Origin: Callorhinchus milii
Taxonomy: Eukaryota
NCBI RefSeq assembly: GCF_018977255.1
Contig: NW_024704755.1
Span: forward strand, 6,882,001-6,946,000
Reading direction: 5' to 3'
DNA: 64,000 nt
In this document: piece after piece, positions 1-15,500 of the stretch
How the letters are laid out: every line of letters begins with the position of its first letter
Numbering within the stretch: the stretch's first letter is position 1
Notes under the pieces: model-generated
What the model saw: the letters and a program-made list of their open reading frames with translations, nothing else
Databases searched by the model: none
Told to the model about the DNA's origin: nothing
Made by a program: the position numbers and the translations under genes

Positions 1-389
1 TCCTACTCCTTATCAGTATGCAGCGAGATTATGCTCAGAAATTAAACCTCTTACATGCTGATCGATGAAGGTCGGAGTGCCTTTGCAGTATTCAAATCCT
101 ACTCATGTGATTGACACTTGGCATCTATCAACATTTCTTATAAACTGTATTTTTCTGTGCTTGTTGCCTCACTGCTAACTGTATTCACTCTGTATTAGTA
201 TTCAGTGTCTCATGTAACTGCTCTTGGCTCGTGTTTGACATCGTGCATTTAGACAGTTCTTTTTTAATAAAGTATACTTTGCCTTTTTTTTAAATTTAAA
301 GCTATTTGTGCGAAGAGAGACAACCTTTTATATTTTAGCAAAAATCTGCTAAACTTTTAGCAGTTACATATTTCTTTCTCTCATTACAG

Positions 390-522
390 GATGGCCAACC
401 TTAGCTATGTCAAGAATTTTAGGTTTTGCAGTGCAGTAAAAGATGAGTTGGGATATTGTCTAACTTCCTTCGAAGCGGCAGTGGAATATATTCACCAAGG
501 CAACCTAAAGTTTGGACAGCCA
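390..522 (+). CDS. ANKRD27: ANKRD27 exon, end of VPS9 domain
   Basis: tacag|G ATG GCC...CAG CCA|gtaag; MANLSYVKNFRFCSAVKDELGYCLTSFEAAVEYIHQGNLKFGQP. Confidence 0.93.
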
Positions 523-3500
523 GTAAGAAATCCTTTGTCTACAATTTTTTTTATTTCTGTTTCTTAACGTATGAGGTAGTTGGCCAATAAGCTGGAGGTT
601 AATGACCGCAAACTTGAATTGTTAGTGATAAACACTCTCGAGGTCATTCCTGTTGGTTTTTAATAGATCTTGTATCATATTTTCTGTAACATAAAATGAT
701 CTAATGTTTGTGTCGTCCTCTCTCAGGTTCAGATTGTAGCAGAGATGGATTTCATATTTATTTGCCATGATTTTTTTTTAAAAATGAACATCAATAACAT
801 TGCCATGTATCCCAGTGTAAATGGGGTGGCGGGGGAAAATATATACATTGTACATGCGTTAGTTGTGTTGGCCTGGCATCAATTTGCAGGTACTTATGAT
901 GAGGATTATTAATTTTACATAATATTAACTACGTGCACTTTACATCAATCCATGACATAAGCTTATTTTATTTCTTGGCTGATATCCAAAGGTTATTAAG
1001 TTCACCCCAAAGGTCCAAATAGAAACTCATCACCAAAGATGTTTGCAGATATTGGTTCAAACGACCATTTACATTTGTCTTGCATATGAAACACCTGCTG
1101 TGTGCTGACAGCAGGTTATCGAGGCAATAAGGCCATGTTCGTGCTATACAACCATCTGCTCATAAGGCTTCTTGGTGACATTTTCTTTTATGCTTTGGAA
1201 GCATAGTCAAGCTGTGGCTTCATGCAAAATTTAGGTGGGAGTGAAAGGATAAAGTGCAGGAGTATTTGTCTATTCTGAAATACCTGCCTCTGTTAAATTA
1301 ATAAAATGTACATATGAATCTTAATTTTGGGCATTCAGTTAGTAGGTGATATATTGCTTGAACCCATCACCCAAACACTGCACAGAGTGGTTCTAACTCA
1401 ATTGGCAGAGGTCTACATTTGCACTTTGAGAAAAAATTATAATGTGGAAGATTGAGAGGCAGGAACTCAATCTCCCAATGTAACAGCCTGATTTCAATGC
1501 AGACTTCATTTTCATTGTTACCAGTGGGTTAAAATGTTGAGACCTCCTGTGATCTCACTTGAGTTCAGATTGTGGTGTGCAAGGCGTCTTGAGCAACTTT
1601 GCTTTTTGCTCTTAAAGTTGCTCTCTGCAACACAGTATTGTGTAAGTGAACATAAATCGATGGCAAATGTTTGGTAGTATTTTGCTCGTTTTCTCAGTAA
1701 TTTTGTCAAATGTTATAAATGGTGGAACTGTTTTTCTGATTGGTTTGCTTCCTATGTTAATAGGGTTCTGGTGACTTGAATGACAAAGTCTTTTTTAGAC
1801 AGAGGATGAATTTACTGTCTCAGCTGTCCACCGCTCCCATTGATTTCTTATTTGAGGTAAACCTGGATTGCTTATGTGTATCTGTTCTTACTGCAGTCTT
1901 AAACAAATCAATTCAATCTGGTAATGGTCTGAGTGGCTGGATTCTTAGATTCATTCTAGAGTGTCATTTCTAGGGGCTGACTTGTGAAACTAGTAAATCT
2001 TGAAATGATTAGATGCACAATTGCTAATAAGACACAGCTGCATTGAAAAAAAAACTTTTGAAGGTGATTTGAAAATGTTCATTGAAAAGTCACTCTTTCG
2101 TGTTGAATCTTTTAATGTCTGCTAAACAGAACTAATGCCTTAATATGAATTTAGACCCCTTTTATTCGCCATGACGATGAGTTCTTTCAGGTTATCAGAA
2201 GCTGAACAAAGGAACTTTGTCAATTGATGCAATTTTAATTGCTTATTTCTTATAAGACTGGACTTCAACTTGATTATGACTGCAAGCTCCTTTCTTTGGT
2301 GGTACACAGGAAAGGGTTATAATACAAAAGTCAGTATCATTTGTAATTTTGTGACAATGTGCTTTCCAGCAGGTTTCCAGGCAGAAAAGAACCTGGGAAT
2401 TGTATAATTGGCTTTCTGTCCTCTCAGTTAATGCTTTGCTGGGGTGTCTGTCATGGTCATGTGTGCAGATACTCCTAATGTGCAGCTGTGCAGAGACCTA
2501 TTAAAATGTGACCTGTGGTTCTGGTGTTGCCATACCCATGATTCGCTGCCCCGTGAGTTCTTAATCTCAACTGGGTCATGGTGGGGAGAGGAGAGGGAGA
2601 AGCCGTATGAAGCAGAGGTCAGACAGTTAACCTTAACAGCAGGAGGCAGAGCAAACTGGGGAAGTCATCTTGTATACTTCCTACTACCCAGACTAGCCGA
2701 GGTCAGAGCATGTTGATTTATGGATGCCCCCAAGCATGGTTGTATTACATTTTGGGTGGGGAGAGAAGAGAAGGGAGGATGTATAAAAAGTCTTGGTAGT
2801 AAATCTTTCTTGCTCTCCCCACCCCATGGCTGATTTTGTGGTTGTATTTTGACAGCATATCGCAGCTGGTAATCGGGCAGAAGTGGAAGCATTGTTGAGT
2901 CAAGGTGAAAATGTTGAGGACCACGTGCAGAAAATGTGCCATCCGCTCTGCTTCTGTGACAACTGTGAGAAGCTGGTGTCAGGGTAAGCTGACAATTGGT
3001 TTGAAAGGTGCTGCTTGATGTTAATCAAAAAAGTACGTCTGACTGTGAAAAGGTAATGGAGATAGTCCTCCATACATTAGCTATTGAATTTAGAGATGTG
3101 TTGGCAGAGCTTTCACACGTCTATTATGTCGATGACAACGTAACTTGTACGTCCATCTTTCTTTAACTATCAAATTTGTGTGATTTTTTAAAAATAAAAT
3201 AAAAGTACCCAATATCAACATCAAGAACATGGTAACTTTTTTTTAAATTGAAGAATAACCATAGATGGGAGAGAAAATTTGTTGAGGGGTGTATTGGCTG
3301 CATAAATATTGCTACAGGTGACTAAATTTAGTAGTAGATTTGAGTCGATGCAACTTCTAGGTAAAGGCCTTTTTTTAAAAAAAAAATTGTTTAAGTGAGA
3401 TGAATTCAAAAATAGAGTGAATGTACTGTCTCAGAAGAGTTAAGTGTTCCAGGTCGTTGTGTGTGCTAACTTCAGGGTACACGGTTAATCCACTGTACAA

Positions 3501-6500
3501 TATATTCTGCAAAGCATTTTGAGACGTTTTGATAAGACTCCATATCAAATGCAAGGATTATTATTATTAAGATTGAAACCAGTGGAAGTTGGTTAACTAT
3601 ACACACAACCCAGAGACTTTAAATATCTGCATGCTTACTCTAAACTTCAGAATTGTGAGGATAAATTCATTGCATTTTAAGCAACTGTAACTAATTCAGA
3701 ATGTCATTTTTTTAAACTCCCATTTCTTAATGCTTTTATTTTATCGTAGGAGGATGAATGACCCATCTATAGTCACTCCATTTTCCAGAGATGATCGGGG
3801 CTACACACCATTGCACGTGGCTTCTCTCTGCGGTAAGTTGTATTTGCGTGCCGAAGTTTTTAAACAGTAAATTATGCACTAAATTACAAGACAGTCACAT
3901 TCTTTGCTGAAGTGGGTGGGGAAAAAAAAATCCATTCATTGATGTAAATGTTTGAATATTCCACGATTTTACAGTTGTAGATTTTCTTATTGTTTTATCT
4001 AAACTGACTATTTCATCCACAAGGCCAAGCAACGTTAATTGACCTGTTGATATCCAAAGGAGGAACAGTTAATGCTATAGACTATCATGGATTCACCCCG
4101 CTCCATCTCTCCTGTCAGAAAGGATATCAAAATGTGACAGTGAGTGAAACAGTCCAACAATTTTACAAGATGCCTGAAGAATCAATTACAATATTAGTCT
4201 TTCTGCTTTCAAACGGGTACATCGTCTGTGTAATGATGACCCATGCTCTCACTTGGAGTCTTTTCATGTTTTGTGAGGATTAATTGGGTATACAGCTACT
4301 GTGTTTTGATGTGGTTCAGTAAAATAATGTCTGGCATGATGACTCCAATTTATATTGCACATCAAAGAAAATTTCAGAGTTCAGATGATAAAATAAACAG
4401 CTTAACTTGTTTTGCAACTTGACATTTATCTCTCTTTCTTCCCCACCCACCCCCTCCAGTTGTTGCTTCTCCACTACAGTGCCAGTTCTGAAGTTCAAGA
4501 TAATAATGGCAATACTCCACTTCATTTGGCTTGCATGTATGGCCATGAAGATGTAAGTTATTTTAATACAAATTCAATGGCAGAATAATAAATGCACATT
4601 AGTAATTTTTGTTAAACTTTCATGTTTTCCCTTTCGCCTCTGGGGGTAAAATGCATTAGGATTTGAGCAAGCACTTGTTATGAGGAAGAGGCCAAGTAAA
4701 ATAGTAATGCTAAATATTAATTCTGAATTATTAGCTTTTTTTTTTTAGCTGTGATTTCTCTTGTTTAAAAAAGAATTCTTTTAAGTATTAACAGAAGATT
4801 TAGGGAAGCCTAAATGATCAAGGTAAATGGATGTCAGTGAAGGTTGCTGCAGTCTTTTTGTTTCTTGTTGCATTTTAATATTAAATAATGGATTTGGGTT
4901 GATTAACCATAAATACTCTCGTGTGGCATTTTTTTTAACTTGATTACGGTATTAATTTAACCATTACTTTTTTGTTTGCAGTGTGTCAAGGCTCTGGTTT
5001 ATTATGATTTAAATGCCTGTAGGTTAAACCTCACAAATGACAAAGGTGATTCACCTCTTCACATTGCAGCTCGATGGGGATATGACGGGATAATTGAGGT
5101 TTTACTGGAAAATGGAGCAAGTAACGAAATTCAGAACAAAATGAAAGAAACTCCATTACAATGTGCACTCAATTCTAAGGTCAGTTTGCATGTTAAGGCA
5201 GTTTGCTCTGTGATTGGAAAAATGTCTTTCAAGATCCCCTGCAGTTTTAAGAGGGAAGAAAGGGACGTTAATAAGTATTTGTTAGTTCATTCTTGCATGT
5301 TAGTATACGTAATTGAGCAGAAACTGCAAAAGCTCAGCTGAATTTAATATGATTTGGATGTGAAAATGTTACTAGAGCATTAAACTCAAGTACCAGTTAA
5401 TTTGCTGATACTATTTTTGCATACAAATTCAATGTTTTTTGGGGAGTTTTAAGTTGTAATGTTCTTTACAACCAAGACTTGCTTCAGTAAATTCTATCAG
5501 TAAAAATGTTTTGCATTTTGATTGTCTTTTCAAAGATTCTTCTTTGTCTTGCTTTTTTTTAAAAGAAAATCCTTTCTCACTTTGTGGAAACAATTAACCT
5601 GGTTTAATGTCTTATCCAAAAGATGGCACCTCTGATAATACAGCAGCCCCCCCTCCCCCAGCACTCTACTGGAGTGCAATAAATGGTTGCTTGCTGAATA
5701 ATGCATTTATTTCATCCTGTGACCATTCACATAGTAAAAGATGAGCTAATATCTCTGACATGACATTGTCCTTATATTTGATATGAATTGTCACAACTAC
5801 CTCATATCAAACACAAGGTGAGGAGAAATCCCACATAGGGGAGGTGAGGGGAAGTTTTTTTTACACAGCCAGTTGTTCGGATCTGGAATGCATTGCCTGA
5901 AAGGGTGGTGGAAGCCAATTCGATAACAACTTTTAAGAGAGAAGTAGATAATGATTTGGGGAGGACATGTTTGCAGGGCTATGGGGAGAGAGCGGGGGAG
6001 TGGGATTGAATTGAATAGCTCCTTTTAAAGAGCTGGCACAGTCACGATGGGCCGAATGGCCTCCTTCTGTGCTGTATAATTCTATGATTCTATAATGCCT
6101 CCAGTTGATCCTGAACTCAGTGGTGAAAGCTGATGTCATCTGATGCTCATGGTTGATGTCGATAAAGAGGTTAATCCTATACTTGACAAACTTGGACCAA
6201 AAGTATTTTAAAAATAGATTTTGATTCGCTATATAGTGTCACCTCATGTGTTTGAGATTAAATTGTATTTTTGGGAAGGCATGAGATTATGTTGTATTTT
6301 TGGAAGGTATTAGTGTTTTTTTGACGCAGTGCTTTTTGTTTCTAATTAATAGTTACTCGCTTTCTGTGCATCAAACGAGTAATTAATTTACATCAGAGGA
6401 GAAGGAGAACTTTTTCAATTTATGTAAAAATGTTAATACAGGGAAAGTTCATTAAGACTTTGGGCCCAATGCTGACTGAGAAAGTGGCTGTTTTCCGGGA

Positions 6501-9500
6501 TGTTGGGTCCCTCCTGAGGTTGCCTTGAAGCACCGTTGATGTCACTTTCTTTGTGCATTTTGCTTAGGCATTATATCTGCATTATAAATTCAGCAGTATT
6601 GTTGCCAGTTAACAAAGTGTTGTGCAAATATAATGTTCTTCTCAAATCCTTTCAGATATTAGACTTGCTGGAAATCACCCACATTGGTAACGATAGACGA
6701 CAGAGTGTTCCCGAGGTAATTTTCATTATTTTGTCCTAATCAAACTGACTCTTTCAGGGTCTTAAACAACAATGGGATCGAGCTGCAATGGTGTGGTATT
6801 GATTCTGTCTGTTAATACTTCATCAGAACATCAGGAAGCAACTTTTTTTATTGATCAGACTACTATTTCTCCCCAGCAGTCTCTGCAGCACCAAAGCCAC
6901 TAAGGTGGCCAAACTATATAATGTTGAGTGGCACTTTAAGAGAAGTTAAACAAATGATCTTATTTGTTAGCCTGGTTTACCATAACTTAGCCTTCCTTAA
7001 TCATCGCTATTTTGGGGGACATAAGGGGGGTGGGGAGGCGAACAAAGGTTTTGCTAACAATTATTTTGCTTAGCTGTAGTGTAAGTGTAATATTGTGTAT
7101 CCTGAACTGTTGCTTTATTTGTAGTCCTCTATCAGATCTCAATCTTCAACAGACGCCGGCAGTCAGAAGTCATCTGTTTCCAGTCTATCCTCTACGTCAG
7201 TTGAGGTGAGGCACGAGGAAGATAAGGGCCGATACAAAGAGGTAAAAGGCTGGTTTCACTCCACTGCTGTTTCTACATAATCCAGAATCTCTCCTGGAGT
7301 ACTAGCACATCTGAATCACTTGAGGCAATAAAAGATATCAACAAATATCACTCAAAACTGATCAAAATTTCCAAGAATATATATTAACAAAAAAAGGATT
7401 TAAGTAACTTTCATTCTTGAAGTGGTCGGAGGATTCTAAGCATAGTATTATGGAGGGGGGACACGGGGCTTTAAAAGGGGGAAATGAACAATTGAGCAAA
7501 GCATCATTCCAGTGGTAAGCAAACCGTAAAATAGAGCCTGGATTATAATGCAGTAATTAGGGTTCCATAAGATCCCAATGAAAGCAAGTAACAACATACG
7601 CTCGCTAGTAAGAGGTTCAGCATTCGCTGTGCAGAAAGATACTAATAATCCTTGCAGTTGATATAACTCCTTATCACGTTTTCGAGACATCTCAAAGCGC
7701 TTTATAGTGACTGTATATTTTGTGGACGAAACGCGGAAGCACACAGCAGCGTCCACAAGCAGGTAGTTGGCTTCATTCCCGCATTAACAACCCTGGCTGG
7801 TGTGCAGGTAACCAATGTGACTGACGTCGGGGTCACTTTTAAACTTGTTGAAACATTTTTTTTAAAAAAACAAGCTTTTAAACTGCCTTCACATTGCTGC
7901 AGTTTAAATGCCTCCTACACTACACACCACTTGCCTGAATCGAGTGGAATTTCTGAAAATGTCGAGATAAAAGCTACATCGAATTGCTGCAAAGTATTAA
8001 CTGCAGCATAAGGAACTCTTGATAATCCTAGCTAGCAACAATCCAATGTCATGAGGCAAAAAGGAAAATGGTTCAAGAACTAAATATTTTAAACTATTTT
8101 GGGTTATTGGTGAGTAAAAATAGTAATGAAAGTTGCCAAATGCCTTGATTCAAGTTGTTTTCATTTTAGAAATTGATGTTTTTTAATAGGTCCTTAACCA
8201 GTTAACTCATTAATGTTTTGCGTAATCCTTGTCTAACAAGATTAGAGTGTTGTTGAAGGGCATGGCCTAAAGCCAGATAATGCAGTTTTATTTCAACTTG
8301 TTAATCCAAATAAATTTAGCTTTTTGTCATTTCATTGCAGGTAGAAAAATTACTGCGCGCTGTTGCTGATGGAGATTTAGAGATGGTGAGTGCAATGCCA
8401 TCAAACATAACTGAAAATATTGGGGGGGGCATTTGTACAGGAAGCATGTGAATCCAATTTTGGGGTCCTCTTTGTACCTGAGGTTTGCTATCCATATTGT
8501 TAATCTGTGCTCCTTATTTTCAGGTGATTAGCACATTAACGTGGTGACATCGCAGTCTTCTGACATTAGTGCTTGTGTGGCTAAATTGCCAGTGTGTAAA
8601 TACTGAGCATCGTTTGTCTCTGGTGTGAAAAGAGGCTTAAAGGACATTATCAAGAGTGCTATCTAAAGTAAATTATTTTGGTGGGAAGATATGGGTGCCA
8701 TAAGTGTTCTCCCTCAGTAATCCTCTATCTGTCTGCTTATGGTACAGCCAGATCAGATGGTATGAAGGAGCCTCTAATTTTTATTGAATCTGCTGAAAGC
8801 AGACTGGGAATTATTGTGACTGCGAGTGACTGAATATACGGTGTTCATAACTTTTAATCCCATTTGTAAAAGTGTTTTTGTAATGTATGATTTTTTTTTT
8901 GCTGCTCTCAGTCATTGCTAGTTAAATATGAATATCGCCTATATCAAAAATCATTTCAGTTTTCCTTAGATCTGCTTTCAGTCTTCCTTTCTTTACCTGA
9001 TAAATGAATTGCATTTTATATTCCTTTTCTCTCCCATGGGCTGCCCTTTTAACGTGTTTTTTTTTAAAAAAAAGACTTTCGTTAAATTAAGACCATTTGA
9101 CACATTAAATCTATTCCTTCAACAGAAAGTCTACATGTTTCCCTACCATAGACTATTAGAGTTCCTGAGAGAAAGCTTGGCGCAAATAACAGTCTATCCA
9201 TTGCCACATCTCAATTATTCACTACTTGTTGCACTCTACAGATGACAATTCCCCTCTTCCAGTTTTACCATTGCATCCCATGAAATAACGGGCTATCACT
9301 GTCTGTGCCTATCTATGTGAGCTTCCATCCTTTTCCCATCCAGATTTTCTACCAGCTCCATTTTGAAGATTTAATCACTAATTTTGCTAACTAGTTTTGC
9401 TAAGAGTTTGTTCCGTGAATCTGTGGGAATCAGTTTCTTTTCATTTCCAGTTTCACTTGAGGTTTATTAATGTCAAGGTCCTTGACCTTGAATAACTGAA

Positions 9501-12500
9501 TCGGTTTTCTCTTCCCTTCCCTCTTAATCTAATTTTTCTTTCTATATGGAAAAGCCACTCAACAAATCTCTCATCATTTAGACTAAATCCTAAAATAATC
9601 CTGGTTGTCCTTTTTTGGGAAGCTTTTCCAAAATTGACACACAATATTTTGAATATAACTTGTTCCAATTTAGTCAAATACTTTGAGATGAAAAGCTGAG
9701 ATGTCTTTGGGTTTTCTTGCCTTAAGCTTCATATTAACTGGAACTTTCGGTGACTGATCAATAGTCCTTGTGCAGCTTTGGTAATGGACAGCCTGTATGC
9801 ATTGCACGCATCAATTTTTAATGCACGTAACCGTAACCTCACATTCATTCATTCGTTGCCCATCGCATTATTGTTTTTTTCCCTTAGTCTAGTCATATTA
9901 GCGTGGATGGTATTCAAAAATGTAATATAAAACCCTCCTCCGATATCCAGACCTTTTTCTGTAATGAATAGATCAAAAATAAAATATTCTTGAGCAGGTT
10001 AATTTGGGTTCCCAAGACCTTCTGTTGTAAACTGATTACAAATAAATATGGAAGCTAATGATAGGTTATTGGTCAAATGATCAATCTACATCGAGAATTG
10101 GAAGGAAATGGAGTTATCTGACATCAGTTGCTTAAAACCCTTATTAACATTTTCATAATCTTAGAAATCCACTCAAATCCACTTTAAGGGGATTTGAACA
10201 GAGGAGAGTGATCACTGATTAAGTTGTATATTGTCGTTTATAATTTAGTTTACTGTCATTCAGCAGTCTGACTGCCCCTAGCACAGTGAGCTTTCATTTG
10301 TCAGTAGGAACCAAGATAAATCTATATTAGGAAGCTGGAAAGTGAGGACTTCGGGATATTATTATTATTATTAATGTAGACACTACAGATTTATCTAATT
10401 TTATTAAAACTGTTGAAAATCAATTGAATATTCCCTTCTGTTCACAAGCTAGGAAGCTTGACCATGCTGTATTTTATATTTAGGTACGTTATCTATTAGA
10501 GTGGATGGATGACGAGCCAGAGGAAGAGGATGAACCTGTGTTGAAATCTGAATTCTGTCACCCTTTATGCCAATGTCCAAAGTGTGAACCTGCTCAAAAG
10601 GTATATTCTCCTTTCTGTAGACTACAGCCTCGCTCTCACTTGAGCTGTGTTTCAAATGACATTTAGTGCAATCTCCTGTTTGCCATCAAGGTTGCTGAAT
10701 GGTTTATGTGTTCTGCATAGAAACTTTCCAGTGTTACTGTAAATGGACTGAGTGTGAATGCTACCAATCAGGATGGGTTTACACCGCTACATGTGGCTGC
10801 TTTACATGGACACTTTGACCTTGTCTCACTTCTGCTGCGGCACGGTGCCAGTGTCAACACAAAGAATTTCCACAATTCAACTGCACTCCACCTAATTTGC
10901 CAGCACAATGAACCACAGGTAAGACTTAGCAACAGCGAGTGGCCTGCATTAATATCTTCCTATTCTCTTCCCCCTCTCCCACCAAAATAAAACATTAACC
11001 CCAGTGCCTTCGCCTTGCTTCCTCCCTTTCCTCCTTCAAGGCCGGTCTCAAAACCTTTCTCTTTGACCGTGGCTTCAGCTCCCCTCTCGACTCTATCCCC
11101 TCCTCGCTCCCTCCCTTCCCTCCCCTCACCCTGACCATGTCCCCCCTGCTCGGGCCCTGACCCAACTGTCCAGCGCCTTGGGACGTCCTCCCGACGTGAA
11201 GGCGCGCTATAAATGAAATCTTGTTGTTGTTAACCTTGTGCAGTTTACATCTTTTTTCCTCCATGTATCTGCATTTTCACAGCTATTTAGTGGAACAATC
11301 AATTTCTGTTCTGTCCTCCTTCCTCCAGCTGGGCTATATTTATATCTGTTTGCTTGAATAGTTATATTGTAAAAAAAAAAGCTGAGCTATATTGTAAAAT
11401 TAGATTTTGGTTGCTAATTGTCATTTTGGAAAATGCAAATGTTTCAGAGATCAAGGGGCTGCTTTACATTCAGAGATCTTTTATGTATAATGTTTATACA
11501 TAATACATTGTGAAATAACATTACATTATTTTGATATTGCCTTTTCTGCTCTTGGAAGACAGTCCCAGTCGATCAACATCCAAATCTATTGCTTGATACT
11601 TTGCTATTCATTCATTTCCTAAGCTCACTTGGCATACTTCTCTCGTGCATATCAAATGGAATAGTGTTTCAAGTGCAGAGCTTTGAATGAAGATGGCTGA
11701 TTATATATCTTCAAAATGGGTCTTAATAATTTGGAGAATAAGAATCCATCTAATCGACAAATAATGTATTCTGTCATAGTTGTGTGTTCGGAGTATTCAT
11801 AAGGAGTGCCACCAAATTAAATTAATGCATTGGTATGAAATTAACATACCTAAAAAAATTGTTTTCATTTTTGGTTTGTATTCATTTCAGGAAATTATGG
11901 ATTTTCTGTGGTTCTGAATTACTATTGAATATTGATTTAATCTTCTGGTCATATTATAAAAAGACAAAACACACCTTTCTGTGCTGTAAGATTCTATGAT
12001 TCTGTTCCATTTCTTACAAAATCCAGTCGCATTGAAACTGCAAGAAATAGTTTTGAAATAGTTGGAATACTGTTTCTGGTTTGGTACAATAAACGTAGAA
12101 CTTTTTTTCTTAAGTGCATTTTTTTAAATTAAACTCCATTTTATGTTCTTCAAATAAATAAGTGATACTCTATTCGTTCTGCTTTTGAAACAGATAGTGA
12201 AATACTTTCTGGATTATAATGCAAAATTGAATAAGAAAGATTCCTATGGTAATACTCCACTGTTGCACGCCTGTTTACGTGGCCATCTAGAAGTTGCTGA
12301 GCTGCTGCTAGAGGTAGGAGCATTTATTGTGTGAAATGTTTGTAAAGTTAAATTTATCTCTCTTAGTCTTGTTAGAATCAGACAATTTAGGCCATTATTT
12401 CTTCTGTGACTAGTTTGTATGTCCTGCAATATGTTGGGCTTGGGAAAGGAATCCTGTCCAAGCCCATATATGAAGCGTAGTGTGTAAGTGACAAAATCAA

Positions 12501-15500
12501 CAATAGTCAAATGTAATAGCCAAACACGTTATTAGCTCCATGAATGATTTACCATTTGCTTATTTGGGGGTCGGTTCCTCAGCATGGCGCGTCCATCAAC
12601 CTCACAAACAACCAAGGGAATACAGCCCTGCACGAGGCCGTAAAAGGAAAGCACGAAACTCTGGTGAATCTGCTCTTGACTTACGGGGGTTCAATCCACG
12701 TGCGAAATAAACAACAGTGTACACCGATAGACTGCGCTGAGGAAGTCTGCGGAAAGGTAAGAGGTTGAGACCAGCATGTGGCTTCATATCAGAACCTGAT
12801 TTTTTGTTTTTTTAAAAAAAAATGACTCGGTGACTCCTGGCTGGATAAAGGCAAACGTAAAGCTCTTGCTATTTTCCAAAGTGGTTGCATCCTGAGCCAT
12901 TCTTCCATGTACCTTCTGGCAGCGTTCAAGGTGAACAGGAATCCCTTCCTGACTAAGAAGGAAGTAGTTCAGAATATTTGTGGGGGCTGGCTGTATCGTA
13001 ACTTTTGTTTTTACTGAATTTAATAAGCTTCTTGCTTCTTAATACATTTTGTACTTAACTTTGTCACAGGATACTGTTTTGTGTGGTCACAACAATATAA
13101 ACACGTCATTTTTTTTACCCAAAGTGCAGAACAATGTGAATTTATGATCCATATTTATGGCTCAACCTAAAGGAAAATACATTTTAAAAAGTCAGATTTC
13201 ATTCTACTAGTAATTTTATGATGATGGAAAGCTTTTTTTTAAAAAAGAACTATTTGTGCAACTGGAATGTCCTGGCTTCACTGAACAGTTTTTGGCTTGA
13301 CACTTGCTTCTTGAAAATTGCACTCTTCAGTAAATTAAACTGGTTGGAATAGAGTAAATTCAAGATTGATTAATGCAAATAACAGTCAGTACTTGAAAGC
13401 ATAGCTTTTAGCTGGGGCACACAGCCTTATAAACATGCTATCCACTTACCGTGGAAATGACACCACCATTCCATAATTTAAATTAAATCATTTCCTGAGC
13501 ACCGCTGAAAATGTCATAGTGTGATAAATGGTGGATGCAGTTTCATTACCTCTACAGATGAGAACGGGTATGACTCATTATTTACTCCAGCCATAATGAT
13601 AACTGGTGATTTAAAAATATTGCCTATTTTTAGGACACTGAGATTTTTAAAATCACAATCCCTTGGTTCTACCTGTTTAAATGTTAGTTGCATCTGATTT
13701 TTGCAAATTTTGATCTTATAGTTTCATAGTTATTGTGCTATCAAATATGAGTAGTGGAGTGCTAAGAAGTTTTGGTGCATATCCAATTGTTTTCAGTAGT
13801 CAGTAATTTGACTAATATCCCTGCTCCCCACCCCACCCCCATTGATATTTGAAAGCTTAATAAACTATTTTAATGACACTAAGGAATGTGGAGCATCACT
13901 TATTTTGTGGGTTAACATTGAATTATCTACTACAGCAACAACAAAATTACATTTATAGAGCGCCTTTCACCTCGGGAGGACGACCGAAGGCACTGATTTA
14001 TCTATCTGATTTTCGCCCACAAAATTTACAGTCAATTCACTTTACAATATATTCTGTGAAGCGCTTTGAGACGTCTAGAAGACGTGAAAAGTGCTATTAT
14101 CAAATGCAAGGATTATTCTTATTATTATCAGTTTTCCTCGTGGTATTGTTTTGCAACTCTATAAAGTTTTTGGCTTTCTTTTCTGTAAATGAGTTGCTTG
14201 GATTGCCAGTTGTCATTTTATTTTTGGTTTTATATAGATCCGTTTTTTGTGACCAGATTATTTTGGCCACCTGTTATGGCAGGAAATAATTGGCTGTGGT
14301 TCACCTACTGGTCTTTTTTATTTAGACTGCGCTGCGGGTTCCATAATTTGAATATTTTATAGAATGTTTATTTTACATTTCGACGGAGGTTTACAAATGT
14401 ATGTTATCCCAGGGTTGCTGAATTTTGGTTTATGAGAAGTAATGTAGTCTGATACAGATACCCAGGAATAATCATAAAACATTTAAACAGAGGCAAGTCT
14501 ATAATGATTTCTGGGGCTTTGTGTTTATTATATTCAGAATATGGAGCTTTTGAAGACTTTGCAGAGAGTATCTGCTCATGTGACTGAGATGGATGGTATT
14601 CCCCGACTCAACACTGATCGGAAGAATCTCCCTGAAAATGTCAAAAAGAAACGTAAGATATTACTGAAACATGAATTGAACAAGTGCATAAAAATATGAC
14701 ACTTTTGTTACAGAATTGCACAGAACTGACTAGAGAGGTGCAATCTAGGGTAAAGCAGTTTTTATTCATCGTCATGAATAAAAACTGCTTTACCCTAGAT
14801 TGAAACTATAGGATAGTTTCTAATTCCCCAATTTATTGAATGAATTTTCTTCTGTGGAAAAAATGAAGCCACTATATGTATTTTAATAGGTGTTCAAATC
14901 CTGTTGATAGTCATAAGTTATTATGTAATTCCAATGTAGAAGTAGAACTAAATCCACTGACTGCTCTGTTTTAATCCAGTCTCTGTATGATTTTATGCCA
15001 CAAATGTTGAGGCCAGTGCTTTGAAGATTAATGCCATCATCCGAATGCTTTTCATTTGTTAGTTTGCCTGAAATTAATCCTCCCAAATCATTTCTTTTGT
15101 CGTTTAGCTGATATTTTTGTGAAGCAGACAGAAGCAGTAGATGAACTGACCAGAGGAAGAACGCAGCTCGTGAACTCTATTAATAAATTTAATAAGTAAG
15201 TAACTACTCTTGCAGAAGACATGCAATTTTTTAAAATCAATTTGGCTACTTTTCACTAATACGGTAAATATTTGTTCAGAGAATGTTTTGTACATTTTGC
15301 AAATAGTCGAGTGGAAATTGCTTCTGCTTGAGCCAGGATTCTAACTCTGAAATTCCCACTCTTGTCCTAATAGCATGGTCATTTCTGCCTCTTGTCAGTT
15401 TGGTGTATCTCCCCCTCCCTTTATTCCTTGAGCCCTTCACTGAAAGAAAGGCAGGACAACCTGAGTATCCACATTATAATATTCCTAATAAAAATAAAGC

